DNA of 64,000 bases, from contig NC_058373.1 of the NCBI RefSeq assembly GCF_018350175.1, positions 107,200,001-107,264,000 on the forward strand. Direction: 5' to 3'. The notes under the pieces are model-generated. The model saw nothing but the letters and a program-made list of their open reading frames with translations. It was not told the origin of the DNA and made no database searches. The stretch is from Felis catus. Taxonomy: Eukaryota. Position numbers and translations under genes: made by a program. Positions 25,613 to 40,079 of the stretch are shown here, piece by piece (position 1 is the stretch's first letter; each line of letters begins with the position of its first letter).

Positions 25613-26919
25613 TTTTAATATATATCCTAATATATCTAATATATATCTTATATCTAATAGAATAGTAGCTTCTTCTGCTAGACTTAGAAATAAATTTGTA
25701 ACAAGTATTCCAATTATGGGTTGGCACCCATACTCTCATAATTTTACAGAAAGAAGTCATTTAAATCACAAGAAAGTAGAATATGTTATATAATCTCTTT
25801 TTTTCTGAACATTGAAATAATGAGTCATTAAGAAAGGTGTCTAGTGATGTGTACAGAAAGTGACTAAAACATACAACAGAATTAGCAAATCAAACAGGAT
25901 TTTGGACTCCTTACTCATCAGGACAGGCCAAAGCAAACAAGGGTATATTGTATTGTGCTGTAAAGGTCAATAAATTCAGACTTGACCAATTCGGGAGAGG
26001 TGGAGAGATGTGGAAACCAGGGCCTTTAGAACTGAGCCTCACCCCAATAATCAAACCATGGAAGGGTGTCTTGGGGAAAAAACCAACGAACCAGGTGCTG
26101 GGTTTCAGAAAATTATTTTACCAGGCCATTTAAAGGAGAGCAAGTTTGATTTCAAGTTGTAATCAGAGGATGAATATAATTGTTTCTTCAAATGATCAGA
26201 AAGCCTATAAGGAAGTATTCCAGAGGCACTAGTAAACCTCAGGGCAAGAAGGAAAAAGAAAAGGAAATGCTGGGTTTTTTTTTTTTTCTTTCAATTAAAA
26301 AGATTTTTTTTCTGGGTCACCTGGGTGGCTCAGTCGGTTAAGTGTCCGACTTCACCTCAGGCCATGATCTCATGGTCTGTGAATTCGAGCCCTGCATTGG
26401 GCTCTTTGCTGACAGCTCAGAGCCTGGAACCTATTTCGAATTCTGTCTCCCTCTCTCTCTGTCCCTCCCCTACTCATGCTCTGTCTCTCTTGCTCTCAAA
26501 AATAAATAAATATAAAAAAAGTTTTGTTTCCTGATTATCCAAGTAAAACATGTTCACAGGGGCATCTGGGTGGCTCGGTTCATTGAGTGTCAGACTCTTG
26601 ATTTTGTTGAAGTCATGATCTCGAAGTTTGTGGGATGGAGCCTTGCCCTCTCTCTCTCTCTCTCTCTCCTTTTCCCCTCCCCACCTCTCAAGGTGGATAA
26701 ATAAACTTCAAAAAATTGTTTTGAAAGAAAAGAAAATACAGCACAATGGACAGTTGTTATTTTGATGGCCCAGCAGCTCTTTTATTTTCTGGGTATGTCC
26801 CACCAACTATCTGGCCCTAGTGGGCACTGCTGTTTTTATTTATTTATTATTTTTATTTTTTTAAGTTTATTTATTTCGAGAGAGAGAGTACGCCCACATG
26901 CGTACTTGAGCAGGGGAGG

Positions 26920-26959
<40 letters not shown>

Positions 26960-27559
26960 CCCAAGCAGGCTCTGCACTGATAGTGCAGCACTGATGGTGC
27001 TCGATCCTACAAACTGTGAGATCATGACCTAAGCCAAGATCGAGAGTCAGATGCTTAACCAACTGAGACATCCAGATGCCCCTATTTTTATTTTTTGAGA
27101 GAGAGAGAGAGCACAAGTTGGGGAGAGGGGCAAAGAGAAAGAGAGAGAGAGAGAGAGGACCCCAAGTAGGCCCCACACTTAGCATGGAACCCAACGCAGG
27201 GCTCAATCCCAGACCCTGGGACCATGACCCAAGCCAAAATCAAGAGTCAGAGGCCCAACCAACTGAGACACCCAGGCACCCCTGTACTGCTGTGTTTATT
27301 TATTTATTTTTTTAAATTCTGCTACAGGGGCACCTCGGTGCTCAGTCAGTTAAGTGTCTGACTTCCACTCAGGTCATGATCTTGTGGTTCATGTCGGGCT
27401 CTGTGCTGACAGCCTAGAGCCTGCTTCAGATTCTGTTTCCCTCTCTCTGCCTCTCCCCTGCTTGCACTCTGTCTCTCTCTTTCTCTCAAAAATAAATAAA
27501 CATCAAAAAATTTTTAAAAAATTTCTGCTACAGCATGAGGAATGTAGGCTGTGCTGACT

Positions 27560-28340
27560 TCGCCCAACTCAAGCAGAACAGACCCTGTCACCTCCCCTTG
27601 GATCTGTCTTCTTTCATTAGCCTGCTTTTCTGTCCACGGTGATTGGCTTAAGAGTAGATAACTGACCCAAGTTAGCCAATTCCATTCTCTGGGTACCACT
27701 GCCCTGGCCACTGTGATTGTGAAATTGTTGGACATGTGATCTAAAATGGCCAATGAGTGGGGCGCCTGGGTGGCTCAGTCGGTTAAGCGTCCGACTTCGG
27801 CTCAGGTCATGGTCTCGTGGTTTGTGAGTTCAAGCCCCGCATCGGGCTCTGTGCTGACAGCTCAGAGCCTGGAGCCTGTTTCAGATTCTGTGTCTCCCTC
27901 TCTCTTTCTGACCCTCCCCCATTCATGCTCTGTCTCTCTCTGTCTCAAAAATAAATAAACGTTAAAAAAAAATTAAAAAAAAATAAAATGGCCAATGAGA
28001 ATATTTCATTGGGATTATTTTTGATGCATCTGTTTTCTCCCAATGCACCTTCCCACCACTGCACACACACACATAAAAAGAATTGGGGGAACATTCTTTA
28101 TTTCTCTAGTGGCAAAACTAGAAAATGTGAATCCAGGAGCTGCTGGCAATAGAGTCATAGGGCTTGTGGAGAAGGCAGATCTGTGACCCCAATGTACAGA
28201 GAGGAACAGAGAGCAGAGATGGAAAGGACTCCCTGTTTCCACTCAGTTCTTATAACTGGTTCAGTGAGCCAATAAATATTCTTTAAATTAAACTAGTTTG
28301 ATTGGGGTTTCTGTCACTTGCAATCAAAAGAGCCCTGACA
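27560..28340 (+). mobile_element. ERVL-type (LTR16-like) LTR relic interrupted by a SINE
   Basis: 3' end gccaataaat...ctagtttgattggggtttctgtcacttgcaatcaaaagagccctgac is typical of this group. Confidence 0.5.
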
Positions 28341-30829
28341 TATTTAAAAAAAAAAAGTATAAAGAAGCAGAAAAGAACACATCCATAGTGCTACTTCTCA
28401 GTGCCAACAACTGATAATACTGTGTCATATGTACTTGTTGTCTTTTTTTTTCTTTTTGGTTTTTCATTAGATCATTTCTAGTATCATCGAAAATTTTAGT
28501 AATTATACTTTTCACAACTGGTCCCAGGTTATTTCCAAGTTTTTGATGCATTGTGGGCATACATTTTTGTTTGTATCTCACATTATTTTTGGGGATATGT
28601 TGCTACAAAGAGAATTACAGAGTCAAAGGGTATGAATAGTGACTTTTAAGGTTTTGTTTTTACTTTAAAATTTTTTTTCTTTAATATTTATTTATTTTTG
28701 AGAGAGAGAGCGCAAGCAGGGGAGGGGCAGAGAGAGAAGGAGACACCGAATCTGAAACAGGCTCCAGGCTCTGAGCTGTCAGCACAGAGCCCGATGGGAG
28801 GCTGGAACCCAGGAACTGCGAGATCATGACCTGAACCGAACTTGGATGCTTCAGACTGAGCCACCAGGGTGACCCCCCCTTTTTTTGTAAATTTTTTTAA
28901 TGTAAAGTTTTTTTTTTATTTTTTGGTAAAAGTGATACATGATAGCAAGAATTAAACAATTTAAAAGGATATGAAAATGCACAAGTTACCTTCAAGCATG
29001 TTTCTTCTTTTCCAGACTGTCTCTCCCTTTCTTTACATACATGTATATATCTTCCTCTGCCACTTTTAAAGAACCTACCAAATTATGGTATGATGAAAAT
29101 ACTCTTGTGTACTTTGATTTTCATTATTTATTTACTTATTTTTAAATTAATATTTGGTCTATTTAACTGTCTACTAAACTACTTCTGAAGTCAGAGGACA
29201 CCTTTTTTTAAAAAAAGTAAACTGTACAGGCAACATGGGGCTTGAGCCTTGAGCTCACCACCCTGAGATTGAGTCGCATGCTCTACTGGATAAGCCAGCC
29301 AGGAGTCCCAACAATATATTTTTTTAAAAACTGCATGGTAGGGCACCTGGGTGGCTCAGTTGGTTAAACGTCCAACTTCGGCTCAGGTCGTGATCTCACG
29401 GTTCGTGGGTTCGAGCCCCGCTTCAGGCTCTCTGCTGTCACTGCAGAGCCTGCTTCAGATCCTGTCTCCCTCTCTCTCTGCCCCTCCCCCACTTGTGTGC
29501 ATGCTCTCTCTCTCTCTCTCAAAAATAAATAAAAATTTTTAAAAATTGCAAAAAAATTGCCTCCTTCCAATGATGGACATCTAGGCTTTTTCTAGTCTTT
29601 TGACACTACAAACAAGCCTGCATCAAGTACCCCTATATGTAGGAGTATCAAAATGTGCAAATATATCTGTACAACAAATCTCTGGGGGAGAAAGTACTAA
29701 GTCAGTAGTATTGTGCTAGGCCTTCCCAAAATGTCTTCACAATTGCCATTCCAAATGAACTCCCACCAGTAATATATGAAAGAGCATACCCTCATCAAGA
29801 TAATGCATTAACAAATTTTTGTTAAATAAACAAAATAGTTTTTGTTTTTTGTCTTGCCCCTGTGATCAACAAATATTAGTTTCTTTTTGTAGTTGTAATT
29901 TGACAAATTGCCCTTCCATCTGGAATTTATACCTCCATCTGTCATATGTGAAACTATTGGCCTTATTGCATCTTTATCAGCATTAAGCATCATCTTTATA
30001 TTATTTTATTTGTTTACTTATTTACTTTAAGATTTTACTCTTAAATCTCTACACCTAATGTGGGGCTCAAACTCACCCCAAGATCAAGAGTGGCACACTC
30101 CACCAACTGAGCCAGCCATGTGCCCCGACATTACCATTATTTTAAATCTTTAGTAATTTAATAGGCGATAATAGTATTTCATATTAAAAGCTTGTATCTT
30201 ATTCATTCATGCAACATTTATTATCTAAACACCTATATATGCAGATGTTCTTCTGATGACAATGGTAAGACACTGTCCTTGCCCTCAAGGAGCTTACATT
30301 TCTTTGATTACTAATGAATCTGGACACTAAAAAATGAACACTTTCAAGTTGTATTTTAAACCAGGAGTTGTACATTGTCTCAAACTTTATTTACTTACTT
30401 GCCTACTTATTTAGCATTGTCTCAAACTTTGTAAGGAGACAGGAGATGATCATTTAAAAAATTTTTAAATGTTTTTATTTATTTTTGAAGGAGCGAGAGA
30501 GAGAGAGCATGAGTGGAGGAGGAGCAGAGAGAGTGGGAGGCACAGAATCCAAAGCAGGCTCCAGGCTCTAAGCTGTCAGCACAGAGCCCGATGCAGGGCT
30601 CGATCTCATGAACTATGAGATCATGACCTGAGCCGAAGTTGGGCGCTCAATCACCTGAGCCACCCAGGCGCCCCGAGATGATAATTTAAAGATGATATTT
30701 ATCATTCTGATTGGAAGTGGGTCTACAGATGTGTAGTGGAAAAGTGGCATTTTCGGACTCATTTATATAACTACTTCCATTCTGTTATGTAGAAGGGGAA
30801 GTCCATAGACTTCAAGAAAGTGGGCTAAA

Positions 30830-31545
30830 TATAGTGGCAGGTGCCAGTAACTGACTGCCAGTGTCTACTGTCCCCTTCTTTTAGGAATAGGATTATTTCA
30901 CTTTTATTTATTTTATTTTATTTTTTTTTTTGAACGTTTATTTTACTTTTGAGACAGAGACAGAGCATGAATGGGGGAGGGTCAGAGAGAGAGGGAGACA
31001 CAGAATCGGAAGCAGGCTCCAGGCTCTGAGCCATCAGCCCAGAGCCCGACGTGGGGCTCGAACTCACGGATCGTGAGATGGTGACCTGGGCTGAAGTCAG
31101 ACGCTTAACCGACTGAGCCACCCAGGCGCCCTGGATTATTTCACTTTTAGTGGGGCATATGGCCACTCGCCTAGAGACTATGTTTCCCTTGAAGTTAAGT
31201 ATTGGGCATGTGAGTAGGTTTGGGTCAATTACATGTAAGAAGTGTTATAAGAAATAGCTTGATTGTTTCTTAGAGAGGAAGCTCCTATTCCAGACCTTTT
31301 TTTTTTTCTTTTTCCTCCTGTGGGCTGGGAAATAACAGGGATTGGAAATCAGTGTTGAAGGTCACAGAGACCAACTACCAGCCTGGGATCCTGGATGAGC
31401 TGATGAGGCAGAACTGCCTCATCAGCCTACACCACTCGCCTCTGGATTGTTATGTGAGAGAAATAAACTTCTGTCTTATTGAAGTCATTGTAATTTTGAG
31501 TCTCTGGAACAGCAGACTGGCCTGTATACTAATTGATATGTATAC
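30830..31545 (+). mobile_element. MaLR (MLT1-like) LTR relic interrupted by a SINE
   Basis: 3' end gtgagagaaataaacttctgtcttatt...ctaattgatat. Confidence 0.5.
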
Positions 31546-31709
31546 ATAATGGAATAAAGTATGATAGGTGCTCAGAGGCCTAAACCATTGGCTCCCTGGC
31601 TCTCCAGCTTGCTGGGTCACACTGCTGATCTTGGGACTTGCTAATCTCTATAATCAAGTCAGCCAATTCCTTACAATGCCTCTCTTTAAATGTATATTAT
31701 AAGAGCAAG

Positions 31710-32790
31710 CTTTGCTCAACGGGGAAAGGGCAGCGTCTTCATCAAATAGTGCTGGGAAAATTGAATATCCACATGCAAAAAAATGAAAGTAGATTCTTAC
31801 GCAAAAATTAATCCAATGTATTCAAAGCCTAAATATAAGACCCTAAACTATAAAACTCCTAAAAGAAAGGAGACAATCTTCATGATATTGAATGTGGCAT
31901 GAATTCTTGGATATACTGCCAAAAGTACAGGCTGCAAAAGCAAAAATAGACAAATGGGACTATATCAAACTTAAAAACTTGTGTTCATCTGAGAGTTATA
32001 GCACAGGGAATACAGTGAATGGTACTATAATAACGTTGCATCGTGACAGATGGTGGCTATGCTTCTGAGCATAGCATAATGTATACAGTTGTCGAATCAC
32101 TATGTTGTAAACCTGAAACTAATGTAACATTGTGTGTCAACTATAATTAAAAAAGGAAAAAACCCTTTTGTTCATCAAAGAACATAATCTTCAGAATGAA
32201 AAGGCAGTCTATGGAATGGGAGAAAATATTTGCCAATCATATATCTGAAAAGAGCTTAATATCCAGAATATATAAAGAATTCTTATAGGGGTTCCTGGGT
32301 GGCTCAGTCAGTTAAGTGTCCAACTTCATCTCAGGTCGTGAGCTCACAGTTCGTGAGTTTGAGCCCCACATCGGGCCCTGTGCTGACCGCTCAGAGCTTG
32401 GAGCCTGCTTCGGATTCTGTGTCTCCCTGCTTGCATTGTCTCTCTCAAAAATAAATAAACATTAAAAAAATAAATAGTGAAATTAGTCAGAGAAAGACAA
32501 AATTCATATGACTTAACTCATATGAAGACTTTAAGAGACAAAACAGATGAACATAAGGGAAGGGAAACAAAAATAATATAAAAACAGGGAGGGGGACAAA
32601 ACAGAAGAGACTCATAAATATGGAGAACAAACTGAGGGTTACAGGAGGGGTTCTGGGAGGGGGGATGGGCTAATTGGGTAAGGGGCACTAAGGAATCTAC
32701 TCCTGAAATCATTGTTGCACTAGATGCTAACTAATTTGGATGTAATTTTTAAAAACAATAAAATAAATAAACAATAAAAATTAAAAAAAA
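31710..32790 (+). mobile_element. Nested L1/SINE stack: old L1 ORF2 fragment, nested carnivore L1 3' end (about 31990-32155), SINE (about 32287-32470) and feline L1 3' end (about 32476-32790)
   Basis: L1 motifs tcttcatcaaatagtgctgggaaaattg and cactatgttgtaaacctgaaactaatgtaacattgtgtgtcaactat. The last segment is the reverse complement of the L1 at about 19430-19740. Confidence 0.8.
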
Positions 32791-33508
32791 AATCCGTACA
32801 ATTTTAAGGGGTGCCTGGCTGGCTCAGTCAGTAAAGCATGCAACTCTTGATCTCAGGGTTGTGAGTTCAAGCCCCATGTTGGGCTCTATGCTGGGTGTGA
32901 AGCATATGTGAGAAAAATAAAAATAAATAAATAACTTTGAAAAGGGAAGGTCATCTTTGGAGGTAGCTCAGCTACTTACTTGCTATGAACATTTAGGACA
33001 ATTACTCACATCCACTGTGTTTCAGTATCCTTGTCTGCAAAACAGGGATTGGAATTATACATACTTCACAGGGTTGTTTTAATGAAAAAAGGAAGTAACA
33101 CATGTAAAAGCATTTTGAAGAGTACTTAAGTAGTAAATACATACTTAATGTTGGCTATTATTATCTCCAGGTGATGGGATTATGTGTGATTTTGTGTCTT
33201 CTGTTTTGTTTTCTATAGGAAATAATCTATTTTGCAATAATAAAAAGAGTGAGTTAAAAAAAATAATGCTTTTCATGATTACCATTGCCTTTGAAGTCTA
33301 AAATCCTTACTATAAAAGCTGTATCACACACCTAGCATATCCTTTGTCTCTGCCCTGCCAGAGTACTCTTAAAATATATTTTTAAAATGCAGTATTCCTA
33401 GTGGACATGCTATACATACCTCTTTTGTAGTACTTTTGCATGGATAGTTTGTATGTCCGTATCAATCCACTTAATTCAGTTCTTAGACGTTAAAGACTGA
33501 CCGGTCCA

Positions 33509-33513
<5 letters not shown>

Positions 33514-33539
<26 letters not shown>

Positions 33540-33739
33540 CGTTTATTTATTTTTGAGACAGAGAGAGACACAGCATGAACAGGGGAGGGGCAGAGAGAGA
33601 GGGAGACACAGAATCGGAAGCAGGCTCCAGGCTCTGAGCCATCAGCCCAGAGCCCAACGCGGGGCTCGAACTCGCGGACCGTGAGACCGTGACCTGGCTG
33701 AAGTCAGACGCTTAACCGACTGCGCCACCCAGGCGCCCC
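33514..33739 (-). mobile_element. Young SINEC_Fc-like SINE
   Basis: Long pure T tail; TSD tgaccggtccatcttt (33498-33513 / 33740-33755). Confidence 0.93.
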
Positions 33740-36700
33740 TGACCGGTCCATCTTTGAATCCCAGTAATGTACCTGGCACTTGGCCTATGGATGCTGGGGT
33801 TTGCTTTAAATGAAGTAAACTGATTCAACCAAACAGAGCTTTGGGAGCTTTTCAGGGTTCCTGATGTTTCCAGAGGCTGAAAGTGGTCCTTTAGCACAGT
33901 TTCGGCTTCAGGTACAGGAACTTGGGCCCAAATCACAAGCCTGGTCTTATGTTTATAACAGGTGCATTGTCATTGCCAAGATTTGGGCTTCATCAAATTG
34001 TCACTGGGAAGAGCAAATCTCCACTGAACATTGGCGTATTCTTTATTTGTGAAAAGAAATGGGGGGCATCTATGACTTCTGTTTACCCCAGACCTCTGGG
34101 GAGTATGCATGTAAGGTAATATGATTATCGGGCATATAAAGTAATATTTAGGATCGTATATCAAAGGTTGCACCTATTTCCTTTTCTTTCTAAAAATTTC
34201 CATGTTTTACAGACACATCTAACAGTTTTCATGGAGAAACCCAAGAAAGCCTGAAAGGAGGTATGTTAGTGTGAATTAATGAACAATTTTGGATTATAGA
34301 AAAAAATTTAAAGGACGTTTCATTTATAGACCATATAATAGCTTAGAAAATATTTTCTTGTAGGCTTAATCTGGGGATCTGCTTTGATAAACAGAGAGAT
34401 ACTTTGTATTTAATATTTCAATAGCTATTATATTTGAGAGTACTTCTAAGGAATTAAAAGTGTTTGATAGACTTTCACCTTAGATACTTTACATAGGGAC
34501 CCAATCTTGTTCATACATTTAACTTATATTGTCAATATGCACCATTTAAAATAAATACAGGTTTTAGCCTAATTTATCCCTCCCCGAAAAAAGCACAAAT
34601 TCTGTATTACTACAGCTTCACTCATACTAGGAGCTCTGTATTACAATACTATCAATTTGCTACCTGATATGAAAATCTGTGCTTGTTCTTGGAAAGACAG
34701 ATTCATGTTTGTTAAGGTATTAGAGTATGACTGTATAGTGAGACTAGAAGTAAGGGACTCTTTGGGTGCCTTGGGTGGCTCAGTTGGTTAAGTGTCTGAC
34801 TTTTGATTTCGGCTCAGGTCATGATCTCACAGTCGTGAGATGGAGCCCTGTGTCGGTCCCAGGGCTCAGTGGAGCCTGTTTGGGATTTTCTCTCTCCCTC
34901 TCTGTCCCCCTGCACTCACACGTGCATGTTCTCTCTCAAAATAAATAAATAAAACTTAAAAAAAAAAGAATAAGGGACTCTTATTAGGTAAGATTGTATG
35001 TATTCTTAGAACTAGTGTGTATTCATTGGAGAGATTTTGGAAAAATCTATCAGGGATGTTTAGGATAGGATACTTGATCACTTTATTCATGCAGGGGCAA
35101 GATTTCATTAATCTTTTTTTTTTCCCCATTAAATGCTAATAAAATAAATTTGCCAGGGAATGAGTAATACATCTCTACCAAGATATCCAAGGCCATCCAT
35201 CCATCTTTTAAAGAACACAGTAAGAAAGTACTTATTAAATAAATAAAAATGAACACAAACTTGTATTAAATTCCCTAATTTCAACCAAATGTGTATTTTG
35301 GGTTTTCTTTTGGCACATCTCCTATATAGCTCACATCTTAAAAAGCAAAACAAAACAGAGAAACCCGGAACAACCTTTGTTTTTCTCTGGCTAATTTTTA
35401 TGGTTTCATTATAGCTAATGACTTTTCAACACAGGAATCCTCCTGAAGAAAATGTCCTAGACTCTGGATAAGATGCGCATGGGAAAAACTATGCTGTTAA
35501 TATTTTTCAGAGGACCCAATAGCTCAAATTCCACTCTCTGGTCCTTGATATCCAGTAGGGAAGTGGAGCAAAGAAGGGAACTGGAGACATTCTCTCTTTT
35601 CCTCTGCTCATCTGTCCTTCTTTCCCTGTCCCCCAAATGAACACACACACACACACACACACACACTTGTCTGCTGCTCTTAGAAAAAGGGAACACCTTG
35701 CTCAGTTTTATTAATCTGAAAATTATCATTCATGATCACAACTTGGTTCTTTTGTATCTTTAAAAGCCTTCCTTAAAATGCAAATTCCTGAGGAGAGGTG
35801 GAGGTGGGGGGGAAGCAAAATTCTGGGGGTGGGGGCTGGGCTCATCACATCTTAAAGTGTTAACCACCCACCCCAGGAGGACCACTTAAGGCACTTGGGG
35901 AGGTAGGGCAATACCTAAGAGAAGGGGAGAACCAGTGGGGAGCAAAGTAGATACAGGTGGAGAAGGTGGAAGAAAAAAACCACACATGTCTCACCCAGCT
36001 CTACACCTCTAATCCTAGTATGTTACAGGTTGTTAACTCAGTATCAATTATTTTATCTTAACATTTGTAGTTCTTGGCAGGCCCCAGTGTATTTTCGTTC
36101 TGTAATTGATTTGATCTTCTTAACCTGGGTGGTGGTGGGGGGAAGGAAATGTTCTTTTTTTTTTTTTTAAACCCTTGTTCTTTTCTTATAGCTACATGGA
36201 TCTCAAATATAAGGATACCCACCATACCCATTTCACTGGGGGAAAAAAATAGGTTTCAGAGGGTCAACTGATATCTCCCAAATCTAAAAGCTAATTAGAA
36301 TCCAGATTTCCTGATGCCTAAATTCTACGTTCCATTTACTATTCCTCATAGACTCTTTAGGCATCTGCTCAGTTCAAATACAAGTAATAGGAATACATCC
36401 ACAGAGAGAATATTTTTAGAAAGTGTATCTATACATAAGTATAAATAGCTTTTCTGTACATCACTGCTATTTTGAAACATTGATCTAAAAAGGCTTAGTG
36501 ACTACATTTTGTGCTAATGCCCCACTTGTCTGTCAAACTTTAGCCAACCTCTATCTTCTGGAACCCAACCTCTATTTGGAAGTAAATAGAAAAAACCTTG
36601 GAGCAGTAAGGAAGATACCATAAAGAACATCCACTAATGCCAGAAGTTTCAAAGAATCACTGTCAGGCCCTAACCTAAAATGTATCCATTTATTTTTTGT

Positions 36701-36934
36701 GCTCTAAATAGGGATAATGCTTTAACTAGTTTAACAGTGAAGTTTCTTTCTTTTTTTTTTTTTTAAGATTTTATTATTTTTTAAGTAATCTCTACAGCCA
36801 ATGTGGGGCTTGAACTCACAACCCCAAGATCAAGAGTTGTATGCTCTGCCAGCTGAGCTGGCGAGGTGCCCCAGCAATGTAGTTTCTTAATCCAGAGCAA
36901 GTGAAATGATTTAAAGGAATGGACAGCAGAGTCA

Positions 36935-38200
36935 CTGTTTATTCAGCACTTATTTTTTTAAGTGCCTACTATGCTTTCCTAGACTAAATGCCAGAGAAAT
37001 AGAGATGAAAGTGCAGAGAAGCAAACATATAATTACAATGATGTGGTAGATGCTACACTAAAGGAAGGTATAAATCCTTGTCTAGTCACAGAATGAGCCT
37101 TGCACTGTTCTGCTTAAGAGGGTGAGACAGAGAGCTTCCTGGAGCACTAGTCTCCCTAGTGCTTTCCAGTGAGCCTTGGAGATTGGGTAGGTGAGAAAGA
37201 ACCTGGTCCCTTTGGGGAACAGTTTCATGTGGTTAGAAACATGACGAGACAAAGAGGTAGGGGCTGGGTCCTGGGGGCTTTGTATGTTAAGGGTTTAAAT
37301 GGTATTTCATAGACAATGGAGACCATTAAAGGTTCTAAGCTGGAGCGCGAGGGCTGAAATGTCTTGAATTCTGGAAGTTGCATCTAAGTATAATTGTACT
37401 GTAGCCTGGAATGAGGACCAGACACTGAGATACCAAATAGGAGGCAGTTGTAATAGTTCAGTCAAGAAATGGTAAATGCTGGGACATCTAGCTGGCTCAG
37501 TTGGTGGAGCGTGCGTCTCTGGATCTTGGGGTTGTGAGTTCAAGTCCCACATTGGCTGTAGAGATTGCTTAAAAATAAAATCTTAAGGGGCACCTGGGTG
37601 GCTTGGTTGGTTAAGTGATCAACTCTTGCTCTTGACTCAGGTCATGATCTCCCTGTTTGAGTTTGAGCCCCACATCGGGCTCTGTGCTGACAGTACAGAG
37701 CCTCCTTGGGATTCTCTCTCTCTCCCTCCCTCTTTCCCCACCTCTCCCTGCCACTTGCATGGTCTCTCTCTCTCTTTCAAAAATAAATAAAAAAACTTAA
37801 AAAAATAAAATCTTAAAAAAAAAGATAAGTGCCTCAACTATGGCAGAAACTGTAGAAATGGAAGGGCAGTAACTTATTCAAGAGACAGTAAAGGAGCATT
37901 CATGGAGACATGTAGTGATCTAGTGGGGGAGGTGGGAAGAAAGGGAGAGAAGACTCCAGAGTGAGTCCCAGATTTTTTATTTGGCCAATGGATGAATGAC
38001 TGCTACTACAAATGAGGAACAGGCTTAAGGCAAAGATAATGATTTAAAATTTTCATATGTAGAGTCATAGGTGACCAGGACATTCTGAAAATATCCTTTA
38101 GGGAACTGGATCCACCAGACTGGAGTTCAGGGCACAGGTTCAGACTGGGACAGTCATAGCAGGAAGCTGGCAGCTTTGGCTAACAGCAGGAGGCAGAGTA
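36935..38200. mobile_element. L2 LINE relic interrupted by SINEs
   Basis: Purine-rich L2 motifs (tttattcagcactta...gtgcctactatg, acaatggagaccattaaaggttctaagc, gtgagtcccagatt). Confidence 0.55.
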
Positions 38201-40079
38201 GACAGAAGGCTTGGAGAGCACAAAATTCTGGAGACGTTTGGGGAAAAACTGCCATACGTGCTTCAACAGCTCCTGAAGTATTTCTTGTTCAACAGCTTAG
38301 GACAACATGACATAGTTTCCTAATTCCTTCCCTCCCAAGAATGGCCTCCTACAATGCCATTCTCCAAAGAATTGACATAGTGATATTATAAAGCATAAAT
38401 CATGTTATATCGTTCCTTGCTTCTCTGACTCAAATCCAAACACAGACCAATTAAGTTCTACCTGTGACCTGGCACCTGCCTATCTCTCTGTCTAGATCTG
38501 CTACCAAATGTCTTCTAGGATTAACACTGATCCAGACTCTCTACTCTTCCCCTCAGGGCCTTTGTACCTGCTGTTCCCTAGGTCTGGAATGCTATTTTTC
38601 TAGGTCTTGTGGGCTGGTTCTCTCTCTTCATTCAAGCCTCTCTGTTGAAAGTTTACTTCCTTGAGACTTTCCTTGACCAATCTAATTCAGGTCCCCACCT
38701 CTACCATTCCCCATGCTCAATTTCATTACCCTGTGTATTGACTTTATAGCACTGATCATTATCTGAAGGCACCTTTATTTACTATCTATTCTTATTGAAA
38801 GTAGTCATGTGCAGAAGTAGATTTCCACATTTATTATCTTTTGCTAAGTAAGCTCCACACCCAACATGGGGTTTGAACTCACAATCCTGAGATCAAGAGT
38901 CACATGCTCCACCAACTGAGCCAGCCAGCCACCCCACACTTACTATTTCTTAAATATTTTTTTTAAATGTTTATTTTTGAGAGGGAGAGAGAGCGAGAGA
39001 GAGCACAAATAGGGGAGGGGCCGATAGTAAGGGAGACACAATCTGAAGCAGGCTCCAGGCTCTGAGCTGTCAGCACAGAGCCTGATGCGGGGCTTGAACC
39101 CATGAACCAGGAGATCATGACCTGAGCTGAATTCCGGTGCTTAGCCGACTGAGCCCCCCAGGTGCCCCACACTTACTATTTCTTAAGGGAAACAGGAGAA
39201 GTGGGATGGAATCATATGCTGAAAAGTCTTGAATTCCCCTTGAGGGGTTTTATTTAGTTTGCTAGATTCTGCAGAGCCACAAATGTTTGAAGTACTTCAG
39301 TGACCTGTCAAGTGTTCTAAAATATTTGTTTCATTAAGGTGTTATAAAATGTAATTACTCCACAATGCTCTGATCCTATACTCAGTGAGATGCTGTTCGC
39401 TGTAACTGGCTTAACTACACAGAACATTACTAAACAAATGAAGTGAATGACAAGAATATAACAAAGTCTAGACATATCTGAAACTAATTTGATGCCTTTA
39501 ACTAGTTTTGGAATACAATTGTACAGTTGGTCCAATCTCCTTTATCCAAACTCCTCTTCATTTCAGTGCGGGAGGCATACAGAATCAGAGGTCATGTAAT
39601 TTTAAAAGTAGGATCAAACTGTAGCAGGGCCAAGTCATTTACATACTCAGTGGCGCAGTTGTGTCCATAACTTTATGCCAAACCACTGGTGGACCCCACT
39701 GCAGTGGAACCAGACTTTGGCTAATGGGAATGCTTTAAAGATGGATTATATCGAGCTCTTCCAGTAAGATTGGGCATGGAAAGGTCTTTGGATCATTGAA
39801 TTTAATTCCACTATACCTTATAGAGAATGAGGGTCAGATTTTGGAACACCTCAATGAATAAGACACATTCCTTTCCTTTAAGGAAGATGAAATCTAACTT
39901 AGCTCTGAGTATGAAGTACAATTAAGTGAATTGCATAATTTTATACAAAGACCGATAGAGATTGTTCTAAAGTGACTCCTATTGTCCTTGTATCTGCCAG
40001 CCTATGAAATGTTTGTGTGGGTTTTTGTTTTTTCCCTCCTGTTCTCTGTTTTTCCAGGGATAAATAACTTTTTAAACAC